Origin: Piromyces finnis finn
Lineage: Eukaryota > Fungi > Neocallimastigomycota
Direction of reading: 5' to 3'
NCBI GenBank assembly: GCA_002104945.1
Contig: MCFH01000009.1
Coordinates: forward strand, 1,141,782-1,205,781
Length of the DNA stretch: 64,000 bases
Both the position numbers and the translations under genes were made by a program. A model generated the notes under the pieces. It was not told the origin of the DNA, searched no databases, and saw nothing but the letters and a program-made list of their open reading frames with translations. Positions 1-12,481 of this stretch are shown here, piece after piece. Numbering within the stretch: the stretch's first letter is position 1; each line of letters starts with the position of its first letter.

Positions 1-2
1 CA

Positions 3-3000
3 TCTATAGAGAATTCATATCTTAGTTCGCCTCTTACAAATTCATATGATAATAGCAGTGTAAATGTTTCAAAGGAATTAATTTCAGATTTAGAAACTAA
101 TTTGTATTCTAATTCTGGATATTATAAAAATAACAAATATATAAACTCTAAATTTTCAAGATACCATTATATAAGATCAGAAGCTGTTAAGAATACAACT
201 TCAAAGCCGTTTATACCTGATACTGGACCAATTAAATGTATTATTGATATAAGCGATTCTGAAGAAAGTTCAGAAGACGAAAACACCTCACTTAACAAAA
301 AAAATGAGGCTCCTCAATTTAAACAATTAAGTATAGATAAACAAAAACGATTATTAATTTTAGAAAAGAAAAAACAAGAAATGATGAGAAAAATAGCTAC
401 AATGGAAAATTTAAAAGCAAAGAAAAAAAATATATCTAAAGTATCTAAGAATCAAAAAGTCAAAAATAATAATATTTTAAAAGAAAAAAATGGAAGTAAT
501 GAAACAATAACACAAAACAACAATAATTCAATGGTATCGGAAATTAATAATAATAGAAAAAAAGATTGCATTTCAAATGTAAAAATACCAACAAATAATA
601 ATAATGATGATGATGAAAAGAATAATAATAATAATAATAATTTTATTCTAAGGAAAATAATGGATAATGTTATTGATAATGAGGATTTAGATATTTTAAA
701 TAAAGCTTTAAAAAAGAAAGAAACTGAAATAAAAATATTAGAAACAGATAAAAAAGAACTAGAAATTGAACAAATGAAAATCCAAGAAAAATTAAAAGAA
801 ATCGAAAAAATAACAAATGATACTAAAAGTAAAATTGATAATTATTTAAATCAAATTAAAATTTGTGAAAGTTTATTAGAAAAAAATAAGCAGCTTTTCC
901 AAGAATTTAATAATAAATCAATAGAAATGAAAAATAAGATAAATTTAAAATCAAAATTAATTAGTACAATTTTTAGTGATATAAAAGGATATAAAGAAAA
1001 AATTTTAAATAAAAATGGAAACGCATTATTGGACAATAATAAAGATAATAATAATGAAGAAAAAAAATTAAAATCTTCATTGGAAAAAGTTATTGATAAA
1101 GCAAGAATAGAAGAGAATGAAAATAAAAAATTAAATTCAAAAAAACGTATTCCTGAAACATCAATGCTTGACGAATCCATAATAAAAAGGAAAAAAATAA
1201 ATGAACTATCATTATTTGATGAATTAATAAAGACAGATAAATTATCAATTAATACTAAAATGATAAAAATGAATTCTGAAAATAAAGAAATTAATAAAAA
1301 TAATAATACTATTGAATTTTTATTTAAAAATAGATTTAGTTTTGAAAATATAAATGATACATTAAAAATATTAAAGGAAATAAAACAAATAAAATATATT
1401 AAAGATAATGAAATATTTTCAAACATTCAATCAACTGAAACTTTTAAAAATAAGAAATCAGAGGTAAAAATTATAAAATTTTATATTAGAAATAATGTAT
1501 TTTAAGATTTCAAATATCTAATGCTTTATAAATGTTTTTATAATATTAATAATAATTTATTCTATAGATGAAAGTTAATGAAATGTCAAAAAAGAAATTT
1601 AAGCCATATAAAAGTATATTATCAGGATTAAAAACCACACATTATAAAAATTTATTAAATGAAAGCGATGATAATATAATAGATAAAAAAAAGATTAATC
1701 CATTTAAAACATTATGTATGTACGAAACTCTTGGAGGACAATGTAAAGATTCATCATGTCAGTCACAACATTTACGTGATATTGAACTTTCAGGTAGCAA
1801 TCAAGCCTTTCTATTGATATATAATTAGTTAAACATATATTTATAATGTTATTTTCCATATGATTCAAATTAATTAATATTATTTTTTTTTATAAAACTT
1901 AAAAATTAACATAGATGATGAATACTTATGTAAGCTATTGAAAATATATATAATAAATAACAATAATATAAATGATTTAAAGGAGAGTTTACAAAAGATG
2001 AGAAAAAATAACGAATCAATAAGCACTTTAACTTCATTTTTAATATCAAAAATTAATAAAAAAGATAATTTATCTTTTGATATCAATGACATATCAAATG
2101 AAAATTCAATCAATACACTAAATGACGAGGTAAATAAAAATGTTGATGTCGAAGAAAAATATGATGATAAATTAAAAATTAATAATAGTATTAATTTGGG
2201 ATTTTACAGTCTATTGGAAAAAGAGAAAATACAGCGAGATAGGTATTTCAATAAAGAAATTTCATCGAATGAGTATGAGAAATTATTAAATAAAAATAGT
2301 AAAGATGTTGAACTTTGGATAAAATATGCAGTATCTTTATTACCACCAGAAATTAATAAAGAAAATATTGGAAAATTAAACACAAAATTTGATAAAGCAT
2401 TAAACATTTTATCAAGAGCATTGGATCAAAATAATGATTCTTCAGCAATCTGGAATTTATATATGGATTTATATGTTCATAGAGAAGATGCTGAAAGTAT
2501 AAGAGAAATATTTGAACAATTGATATTTATCATTCCTAGAGAACCTTGGTGTGGATGGTCATTTTTAAGTTGGGAGAAAATTTATCAAAATAAAATTATT
2601 ATATTGAAAAAAATGCTTAATAATTTTATTAAAATTAACGAAGGTAAGAAATAAAAATTCATTACTTTTAACATTAATATAAATATGTAATCTATATAAA
2701 ATTGTTTATTAAAATTATTATATTTGTTTTAAATAGATCAAAAAAAGCATTCTCATTTAATATTAGAAATTTTAATTCATATCATAAAAACAATTGATAA
2801 TAAAAAGGGAAATAAAGAAGCAAGAAAATTTTTTATGAAAGTTTTAAGCTCTCATAATAATGAAACATTAATTAATTGTTTTGAGGAAAATAAGCATTCA
2901 TCAGACAATGAACAAACTGAAACTGAAACCGAAATAACAAAAACATATTTATTTAAAATATTAAAGTCAAAAGATTTTTTATTATTATATTTAATGTTTA

Positions 3001-4128
3001 TTCATTTCTACGAATACAACAGTTTTCCAGAGGAAATTTTCTTTGCTGGAAGTAGAACTTATTTAATTCATGATGAGTTATTCACAATTAAATGGGGAGA
3101 TTCAAAACCAAAGGAATTTGACAGATACATTAATATTTTTGAAAATTTATTAAATAAATGGCCAGTTAATGAGAAAATAGAAAATAATGAAGTTTATTTA
3201 GCAATATGGATAAACTTCATGAATTTAGGAAAATTCTTCAATTTCGATAAATTAAATTCTAAAGTTTTAAAGCTTTTAGAAAATAAAAATGAAACTATTA
3301 AAGAAATTGTATTTTCTTTACAAAAAGAACATAAATTTAAACAAGATATGGTAATAATATAAAATAGATATTATCCTAATTTAAAATTTATAATTAATAA
3401 TTATATTATCATTACTTTCTTTACTGATAATAATTATATAAATGAAAAATTTTAAATATCATAATAGAACGCAGAAGAATTACATAATTATTTAAAATTA
3501 CATCCAGACAACCCATCCTTATGGCTAAAGATGATTCAACACTTTATTAATAATAATGAAAGTGAAAAAGCAAATTTATGCATTATTGAATCTATAAAAC
3601 AATATTTTAATTTTGTAAAAATTCAATGAATCTTATATTTTCATACAATCTAAATCTTTTTCCTTTTTAATTTGATATGTTTATAGTTTTAATCAAATAC
3701 TCTTTTGATTAATATAAATATTTTAATTAAATTTTCAGAAAATATATTTTAGAGAAATTTAATTCCTTATTATATCTTTTATATATATATATTATATTGT
3801 ATATATTTTTATATATTCTATACAATCTTAGAATGAATATCAAAATACTTTCGAGAGTAATAATGAATCTGAATTGAAACTATCTTTAAATCTATATAAA
3901 AAATTATTGGGATTACCTTTACCATATGACATTATTTTACCATCTTTAAAAGATGAGTTTACTAAAATTATCAGATATTTACAAAACGATATAAATATCA
4001 TATTTAATTATTTGATTTTCATATCATATAATAGAGATATAGAAGAAAATCCATTACAACAAACTATCAATGATTTAACCTATAATTTATTATTAAATAA
4101 TTCAAAATTTTCAATATTTATTAAGTAA

Positions 4129-4199
<71 letters not shown>

Positions 4200-4948
4200 G
4201 CAGCTATTGAAACGGTTAACTAATATAATATTTATTAAATAATAAAAGTTACTTATGTAAAAATAATTTTAATACTATGAAAGCTAAAGTTGATTTTATA
4301 GAAAGTTTCAAAAATATAAAAACAAATATTGAATTCCAATATCTCTATGAAAAAAATAATGAATCCAATTATAAATTTATGCATTTGATACCATCAAAAG
4401 TAGAAGAAAATAAATATATAAATAAATCGTTAATAACATAGAATTAAAATATTAATATATATTATATATACAAAGAATTATTTATTATTTAATATAATTT
4501 TAGATTTATATATAGACGAATTTAAGAAAGTTGATAAAACTGAAATTATAGATATTTTATATAAGAAATATCCAGATAACCGAAAACTAATCATACAGTA
4601 AGTAAAATTTAATGGTGTTTTGTTTATTTTAAAAATATATTTCTTTTATAAAAGGATTTAAAGTTTGTTTGTTTGTTTGTTTTTAGAATTTAAAATACAT
4701 AATTATTATTTTAATAATATTTTTTTAAAAAAAAAAAAAAAAAAAAAGACAAGTAAAACAATTATCTGAAGCAGGTCAATTTAAACAAGTAGAGAAAATT
4801 GTTAATTATTCATTACAGTTATACCCAGATATGGCATATCTAAACCAAATGTAAGTTTCTTTTTAATGGTTATTTTTTGTTAAAAATGAAATATAAATAT
4901 TATATGTAGTATATTAGATCTGACAATAAGTATAAAAAAATAATATAA
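3..4948 (+). CDS. ZFC3H1/Red1-like C3H1 zinc-finger protein (nuclear exosome adaptor, PAXT/MTREC type); 5'-partial, multi-exon
   Basis: The frame is open from position 3. Introns include 1464-1567, 1794-1914, 2644-2736, 4125-4248 and 4598-4748, and the last exon stops at 4946-4948. The exon at 1568-1793 encodes INPFKTLCMYETLGGQCKDSSCQSQHLRDI, matching the zf-C3H1 motif of ZFC3H1/Red1. Downstream exons give HAT/TPR-like helices (DVELWIKYA; ALNILSRALDQNNDSSAIWNLYMDLY). An N-terminal coiled coil is present. Confidence 0.75.
4131..4199. repeat. (AAT)n microsatellite within an intron
   Basis: About 23 perfect AAT units seen directly. Confidence 0.95.
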
Positions 4949-5431
4949 ATAATTAATTTTTTATTTTTTTTTTTTTTTTTTTAATCACCATAATTATTTA
5001 AAGAATTAATAGCAATAAAAAAAGAAATATGTGTTAATATGCTTTTTTATGAAAAAAAAGGTTTTGAAATGTTTATTATTATTTATATACAAAAATATGT
5101 TATTATCTGGTGAATAATATTATTTAATTAATAATATATTAAATTTTTCTTTATACAATATATCTTTATATTATCTATAAGTTATTATTTTTGACTTTTA
5201 ATTAAATAAATATACTTTATTCTTTTTTTTTTAAGCATTATTTTGATTTATTATCTCAATATATATAAATTTTTAAAATACAAGTTTTCTTATTTTCTTA
5301 ATTATTTATTCATTTATACAACTTAGAAAGTAATAAATAAAACAAAATATTACAAAACAAATAAAATATATATTAATAACATTTTAAAAGAAAATGTGTT
5401 AAGTTTATTTACTTAAACTAAATTGTTTTTG

Positions 5432-5434
5432 TAT

Positions 5435-5489
<55 letters not shown>

Positions 5490-5491
5490 TT
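5432..5491. repeat. (ATTT)n microsatellite
   Basis: Perfect tetranucleotide run between the converging 3' ends of the ZFC3H1-like gene and ATG5. Confidence 0.9.
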
Positions 5492-5617
5492 GTTAGTTGC
5501 TGTTGTTACCATTGTTTTTGTTGATAATTGAAATTAAAATACTATATAAATTTTATATTTTCATTTTTATTTAAAATCTAAATTATTTTATTAATTTTTG
5601 CTTACAGATAATTTTTT

Positions 5618-6555
5618 TTACTCTTTTATTTGTTTTATAACTATATGAAGCCAATTATCTGGATAAGAAAGATATTGACCTAGCCATAATAATGGGGTAT
5701 CAATGGATATATTCAATCCATGAAGAATAAACCGATAATTATCAAAATTACTATTTTCATTGAAATCTTCTGAGCACCAGGATAAAATTAAATTTTTTAA
5801 GGTGATGCCTTCTTCGTTTATATCAACTATAAATAATATATTAATAAAAATTAATAAGTATATATATATATTTCAAAAAAAAAATAAAAATAATAATAAT
5901 AATAATAATAATAAATTATATTTACCAAATCTTTCCTGTATTACTGTGTTATTATAATATATTCTAGCGGATATATTTAACCAAGGTGTATTAGCTAATA
6001 GCTTACTATTAATATTCCAAAAGTTTTTAAAATCCACTATTTTAATATTTTAATAATATATGTTATTGATTTTTTTTATTATCAAATGTTAAATTAATAT
6101 GAAATATATAATTTATATATATTATAAAACATACATTTGCATAAACTATTCCATAATGATGATTGATCTTCTAATGAAAGGCACATTATTTTATTAGCAT
6201 TACCATATCTCATATAATCAGACTTGTATAATGAAAATATTTAATAAAAAATATTATAAATAAATATACTATTATTTCTAAAATTTAGAGATAAGAATAT
6301 AATTCTTATTCTTATTATTATTATTATATACCTCTTTCAATGTTGTAAAATAAGTATCCTTTAATGTATCTAGATTTTTGAATTTTAATAATTTATTTTT
6401 TGGAAAATCTGAGAAATGAATTGTAATTTCCCATGGTAATATTGATTTTTCAGAATTTTGGGAATTTTCGAAAATATCATATAATAAGCCAACAGCATAA
6501 TGCCTATATAAACATATAAATGTTATAATTATTATTATTATTATTATTATTATTA

Positions 6556-6598
<43 letters not shown>

Positions 6599-6620
6599 GT
6601 TTATTATTATTATTATTATG

Positions 6621-6667
<47 letters not shown>

Positions 6668-7417
6668 GTTTAAAAAAAATGAAAAAAAAAAAAAAAAAAA
6701 GCAACAACAAAAAAAACCCTATTGTGAATTATTGTCAAGTAATTAACTGATAAATATCTGCTTATCAATTTAATATTTGACACATATTAATAATAATAAG
6801 TAATTTAGATGTAAATATTACATATCATATAAATTACTTATTATAAACATTAGTATACATCAATTTATATAATACCATTTTAGGGGGATATCATTATATG
6901 AAAACCATATATCATTTTCATTCTCTATAATTTTCCTTTTAATAAAGTAATTTGCTATTTCCGTAGTATATATGGGTAAATATGAACAGCGGGGTATATT
7001 TATCTATATTTGAATAACAATTATTTTAATGAAAGTAATTATGAACAATTTTTATTTTAAATTGAATCAAAAATTTAATGTATATAATTATTTTATTATT
7101 GTTCATTTCATAATAAAAAATCATTTAGAATATAAAAAAAAAAAAAGATATATATGAAATATAATTTATTTTGATTCAATAACATTAAAAATAAAAAGGT
7201 ATTAGTAAAATTATTAATTAAAAAGTATTATTAATTACAAATTATTTAAACTTTTTTTTACATAATAGATTGGTTCGTAGTCAATAGTATTTGGTATTTT
7301 TAATTTATCTTCTTTCGCAATTACAATTTTTATAGGAATATTTCCATTAAAAACTTTTTCTCTTATTTTTTCAAAAGGATAATTAATTTCCTCAGTTACA
7401 TTATTATCATTGTCCAT
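5618..7417 (-). CDS. ATG5: Autophagy protein Atg5, multi-exon
   Basis: Spliced minus-strand exons give REKVFNGNIPIKI, INIPRCSYLPIY...DIWFSYNDIPLKW|HYAVGLLYDIF, PWEITIHFSDFP, and a C-terminal FILHGLNISIDTPLLWLGQYLSYPDNWLHIV followed by a stop at 5620-5618. All are Atg5 hallmarks. Confidence 0.93.
6523..6667. repeat. Interrupted (ATT)n microsatellite in an ATG5 intron
   Basis: ATT repeats with occasional GTT/ATGTTT interruptions. This run produces the spurious poly-L and poly-N ORFs in the track. Confidence 0.95.
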
Positions 7418-8340
7418 TATTTAAAACGTTATGTTAATTCTTTTTATTTTTTATTTCTATTTTATTATTTACTTCACTGTTCTTTTTTTTTTTAAAAAAA
7501 AAAAAAAAATAAAAAGAAAAGAATTACAGTATAAATAAAACTTTAAATAATAATAAAATAAACTTTATTAAATTTTGTTTTAATTAATATAAAAATAAAT
7601 AGATTTATTTAAATAAATAAAATATATAATTGATGAATGTGTGAAACATACATATATACAATAAAATATAAAATATTTCGAAGCATATTAAAAATCATAA
7701 TGTAATATTTTTATTTATGTTACATCATATATAAATTAGTATGACTTGACATTTATTTCAAAATCTTGTCACTTTTAAATTTTATATATTTTATAATTAT
7801 TATATTTAAAAATATTATTAAACATAATAATTACAAAAGCATTTAATATTATAAATAATAACAAAAAATAAGAATTCCAACTAAATCCTATATTTAAAAT
7901 AAAAAAAAATAAAAATAAAATAGTAATATAATAAAATACTCAGAAGTTATTAAAATTTAAAGAAAACTCTGAAGCTTAGAATGCTTTAGTTTTTAACTAT
8001 TATTATAAATGTCAGAAATATAGATTATATTAGATACCAAAATTTCGTTTATAATATGAAATAGAAGTCGAGGATCTCTATAGTATAAAATAGAGACATT
8101 AATTTCAATTATAAATATATAATTTTATTATTAACATACAATTTATAAAAAAAAATCGTATCTATTATATAATTATTTGATTAATTTTATAGAAAAATGA
8201 AAAATGAAAATAATAAAATAATTATAAATAAAGTTTATTTTTTGAATTATATATTAAATTAAAAGAATGTATTTAAATAATATTTTTTTTTTTTTTTTTA
8301 CTTTATTATAAGTATATTATATAAATAGAAATTAAGAAAT

Positions 8341-10831
8341 ATGGTAATAGCAATAATTTAATAATATTAATATTTTAATGTATGATAAATTAATTTTAAT
8401 ATATAAAACTTTATATATTCATTTAAATAAATAGGCGAATATGGAAGAAATAAAGAAATATATAAATGAACAAGAAAAGATTCTCTATGATGAATTGTTT
8501 AACTTAAGCATTGATGTAAGTTCTACATTAATTTTTAAAATTTAAAATGTATCAATTAAAATAATATCTTTTCAAAATATAATATGCTTCTGTATTCTTT
8601 AAATAATAAAATAATTGATTTTGTATACATATATCTGAATTAAAATAAAAAAAAATAAGATTCACGAACATCCAGAACTTTCTTGGAAAGAATTTCACGC
8701 ACATGAAGTTTTAACTAATTTTATGGAAAAACATGGCTTTAAAGTAACTCGTCATGCATTTGATTTAGAAACTGCATTTGTAGCTGAATTTTCTACTGGA
8801 GAAGGTACAAATGTTGGTTACTGTAGTGAGTAAGTAAAAATTATATTTAATTAAAAGTAGTTATTTATAATTTGTTTAAAATTAATTAGAAATTATAAAA
8901 ATTCAATGAATTTATTTTTATTATTAAAATATTAAATTTAAAATAGATATGATGCTTTACCAAATATCGGTCATGGTTGTGGTCATAATTTAATTGCTAT
9001 ATCAGGTGTTACTGCTGCACTTGGTAATTATAATAATTAATCAATGTATATATTGTTTCCATTATTACATTTTTCTAATTTTAACCATAAATTACTTATA
9101 TTAATAGAAACCAAGCTTGTTCTTGAAAAATTTAATATAAAAGGTAAAAAAAATATTGAGAAATGAATAATAATATATGATATTTTATTTACTTTTTTAT
9201 TATTTTAACTTTGATAATATATAAACATTTTTATATGTTTTAATTTATTTTTTATCTTTTTTGCTTTTTTCAATTATAGGTACTGTTAGACTTTATGGTA
9301 CACCAGGTAACTAGATTTTTTTATTTTAAAAGATATGAAATTTAAATGTAATTTAATATCATTAATATTTAACTTTATTTCCACTTGATAAACAAATTAA
9401 TGTATAGCTGAAGAAGGTGAAGGAGGTAAAGTCTATATGGTTGAACGTAATGCATTTGATAATTCTGACGTTATGATGATGCTTCATCCGGGTACAATTG
9501 ATTACAATTATCCAATTTACTTAGCTTTAGATACTATTAAAGTTGAATATTTCGGCCGTGGATGTCATGGTTCTATTCCATACGAAGGTATTAATGCATT
9601 AGATGCTATTGTTTCAGCTTATACTAACATTGGTTTATTACGTCAATACATGCAACCAACTTCCAGGTATTTACCAAATTAATTTTAATAAATATCTTTA
9701 AAATTTTTTTTTCTTTTCTTTATTTTTCTCTTTAATATATAATATATAATATTTATTATTTATTATTCATTACTATTAATAAAACAAAAGAATTCACGGT
9801 ATTATTACTAACGGTGGTGTTTACCCAAATATTATTCCAGACTATACCAGGTACATAATAATAATTAAACATATAAAATTCTTTTTTTTTTTTTTTTTTA
9901 TTTATTATTAGACTAATATGAATTTTATAATTTATTTTTAAAATATATATAAATATTAGTGGTCAATTCTGTAAGTCATTACTTTATGTAATAATTGATG
10001 TTAAAAATATATTTTTATAATAAGTTATTAATATAAAATTTGTTATAATAATTGATATAGATGTTAGAGCTATAAATAAGAGTGAACTTAAAGAATTAAC
10101 TGAAAAGGTAAAGAATATTTTTGAAGCTGCTGGTTTAGCAACTGGTTGTAAATGCAAGGTAAATCTAAATAATTAATAAAATTACAATATAAAATTTTTA
10201 ATATATTTATCATAAATATATGTATAACACTTGTTTATATATTTTTAATAATAATGATAATGATAATAATAAAAGATTACTATGGACAAGCAAATGGCTG
10301 ATATTCAAAATAATAGTTTCTTATCTGATACTTATAAAGAATTTATGGAAGCTGAAGGTGTTTCTATTCCTGACAGAGAAACACAACGTAAGTATAATAA
10401 TATAGAACAAAATAAATAAAAAAAAAAAAAGAAATCAATTAATAATTATTAACAAAATGTATAATTTAAAATTACTATTAGAAAAGAAATCTTGGGGTTC
10501 AACTGATATGGGTAATGTAACTTATGTTAAGCCATCTTTTCATAATGTAAGGAATTAAAACAGTATTTTATAAATTTACATACAAAAAAAAAAAAAAAAA
10601 ATAAAATTAAAAATCTAATTAAAAAAAAAAAAAAAAAAAAAGATTGTCAATGTAGGTTGTCAAGGTCATGATATTCACACTGAAGCTTTTAGAGATAATG
10701 CTAAAACTCCAGAAGCTTTCCAAAAAATGATCAGAGGAGCTAAATGTATGGCTTTAACTGGTATTAAAGTTTTAAGTAAGTAATTAAAAAATAAAGAAAA
10801 AAAGAAAAAGATTATTTTATTTTTTTATAAA

Positions 10832-10868
<37 letters not shown>

Positions 10869-10972
10869 TTAATACTTTACTATATATATTTCTTTAAATA
10901 TCTTTTACAGCTGATCCTGAATTGTTAAAGAATGCTCAAGAAGAATTCAAGCAATTAATAGCAAGTCAATAA
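8341..10972 (+). CDS. Peptidase M20 family amidohydrolase (PM20D2-like), about 14 exons
   Basis: Spliced motifs: [88 protein letters not shown], and [10 protein letters not shown]. The stop is at 10970-10972. The start is either ATG 8341 as an ATG-only exon or ATG 8441. Confidence 0.92.
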
Positions 10973-11475
10973 AATAAATAAGTTAAAAATCACATATTTA
11001 AACAAACAAGTAAAAAAAATAATAAATAATGAAATTACTATGAAATAAATATAATATATAAAATAATAATAATAAGTACAAAAATAAAAATACAAAAATA
11101 AATATAATAATACTGTAAAAATAATTATTAATACAATTAAAATAAATAAAAATAAAATTCAATGAGATTAATTGCACTAACATTACACCAAATAAAAAAA
11201 AATCTTATAAAATATTTATTGTGTTTATTATTATTTTTATTATTATTGTTTTAATAGATTAAGAGATTAATAGTAATGGTTGATGTTGTTTCTGATTAAT
11301 ACTATAACATAATAAAATATAAAGTTATAATATATATTATTAATATATTTAAAAAAAAGGAAAAAGATAATAATGATAATATGGATTTAATTTTATAGTG
11401 GTTAATAAAATATTAAAGTGTTGAAAGACAACTTATATATTGTTAATATTTTTTGATTTGATTTATTGTTTTTAA

Positions 11476-12481
11476 TTAACTCTTTGCAACAAAATTCTGA
11501 AAAGCTAACCCGTAAAGCAAAGGTCTATTTTAAGAAAATAAAAAAAAATATTAGTTTCTCATATCATAATTATTATTTTTGTTGTTATTATCATTATGAT
11601 ATAAAAAATACTATAATTACAATTGTTGATTATCTTTATCAAGTTTAACTTTTAGTTCTTTTGTTAAAAAATTTTTATCCAAGGCTTCGTTTGGTTGATT
11701 TGATTCTAAATAATAATATATATAAATAACACATATTCTTAAATATAATTGTGTTGCTGATATATACAAAAAGTGAAAATAGATAATATTTTTTACCTGC
11801 TAGAAAAACAGATAATGCAAATTTATAATTATTGAACTATAATATATATAATACGAATAAATGAATTATGACATAAAAAGAATATAATTCAAAAATTAAG
11901 AATAGAAAAGACAGTATACAGAAAAGGATAAAATAAAACATTTATTTATTTAGTTTCGTATAGATATGAATTAATAATAAATAATTTATATAATTACAAA
12001 ACATATTTCATTACCTCTAAATATCTTTGTTTTTTTTTTTATTTTAGAAAATTAAATATATAACAAGTTTTTGTTATATATATATATTAAATGCATTGAT
12101 ATTAGTGACATGAAAGAATAAATTTATTATTCATTATTCATTATAGCTTGCTTGCTTTTTCTTTTTTTTTTTCATTTACTTATTTATTATATGTTATTTA
12201 CTTTTACTTACTCTCGTATTAGTTCATTAACAATCAAATTTTCATATGATAATTTTGGCTTTTCCTGATCTTCATCATCAATTGATTTAAACACTTCACT
12301 TCGTATATTAGCTTTTATTTTATTTATAACACCTTTCACTTGAAGCGATTCTTTTAAAACTTTTTATTTTATATTCAAATTAATTTCACAAGACATTAAC
12401 TATTAAATTATTATATATTTTATATTTTAATGTTTAATTTTTTATTTTCATACCTTCTTTTAAGTCTTCGTATGTTGCCAT
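11476..12481 (-). CDS. CEP20: Centrosomal/basal-body protein FOR20 (CEP20/FOPNL), LisH-containing; 6 exons; absent from the ORF track
   Basis: Spliced translation: MATYEDLKEVLKESLQVKGVINKIKANIRSEVFKSIDDEDQEKPKLSYENLIVNELIREYLEFNNYKFALSVFLAESNQPNEALDKNFLTKEL...LPLLYGLAFQNFVAKS*. This recalls FOR20 (LKxTLExxGVLxxxKARIRAEVF; LINELIREYLEFNxYxYTxSVL; PLLY). Confidence 0.88.

Noticed and set aside
851-1426. Hydrophobic antisense ORFs (also 1880, 2204, 15743, 16346, 25235, 27583, 38157, 38578, 39947, 40038, 43524, 43696, 53391, 62898, 63147, 63657)
   Set aside because: They are opposite-strand or alternate-frame shadows of real Asn/Lys-rich coding exons, with no independent motifs.
4125-4200. Apparent intron made purely of (AAT)n ending in AG at 4200
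   Set aside because: Splicing at 4200 or 4203 hits a stop codon. The acceptor at 4248, with an ACTAAT branch-like site upstream, restores the frame, so this is an ordinary intron containing a microsatellite.
6504-6750. Poly-Asn and poly-Leu ORFs (also at 41717-41984 and 10998-11183)
   Set aside because: These are translations of AAT/ATT microsatellites and AT-rich non-coding DNA.
8341-10972. M20 amidohydrolase as a bacterial horizontal transfer (common in gut fungi)
   Set aside because: It has about 13 introns and resembles the widespread eukaryotic PM20D2 type. Nothing in the sequence supports recent transfer, and a phylogeny would be needed.
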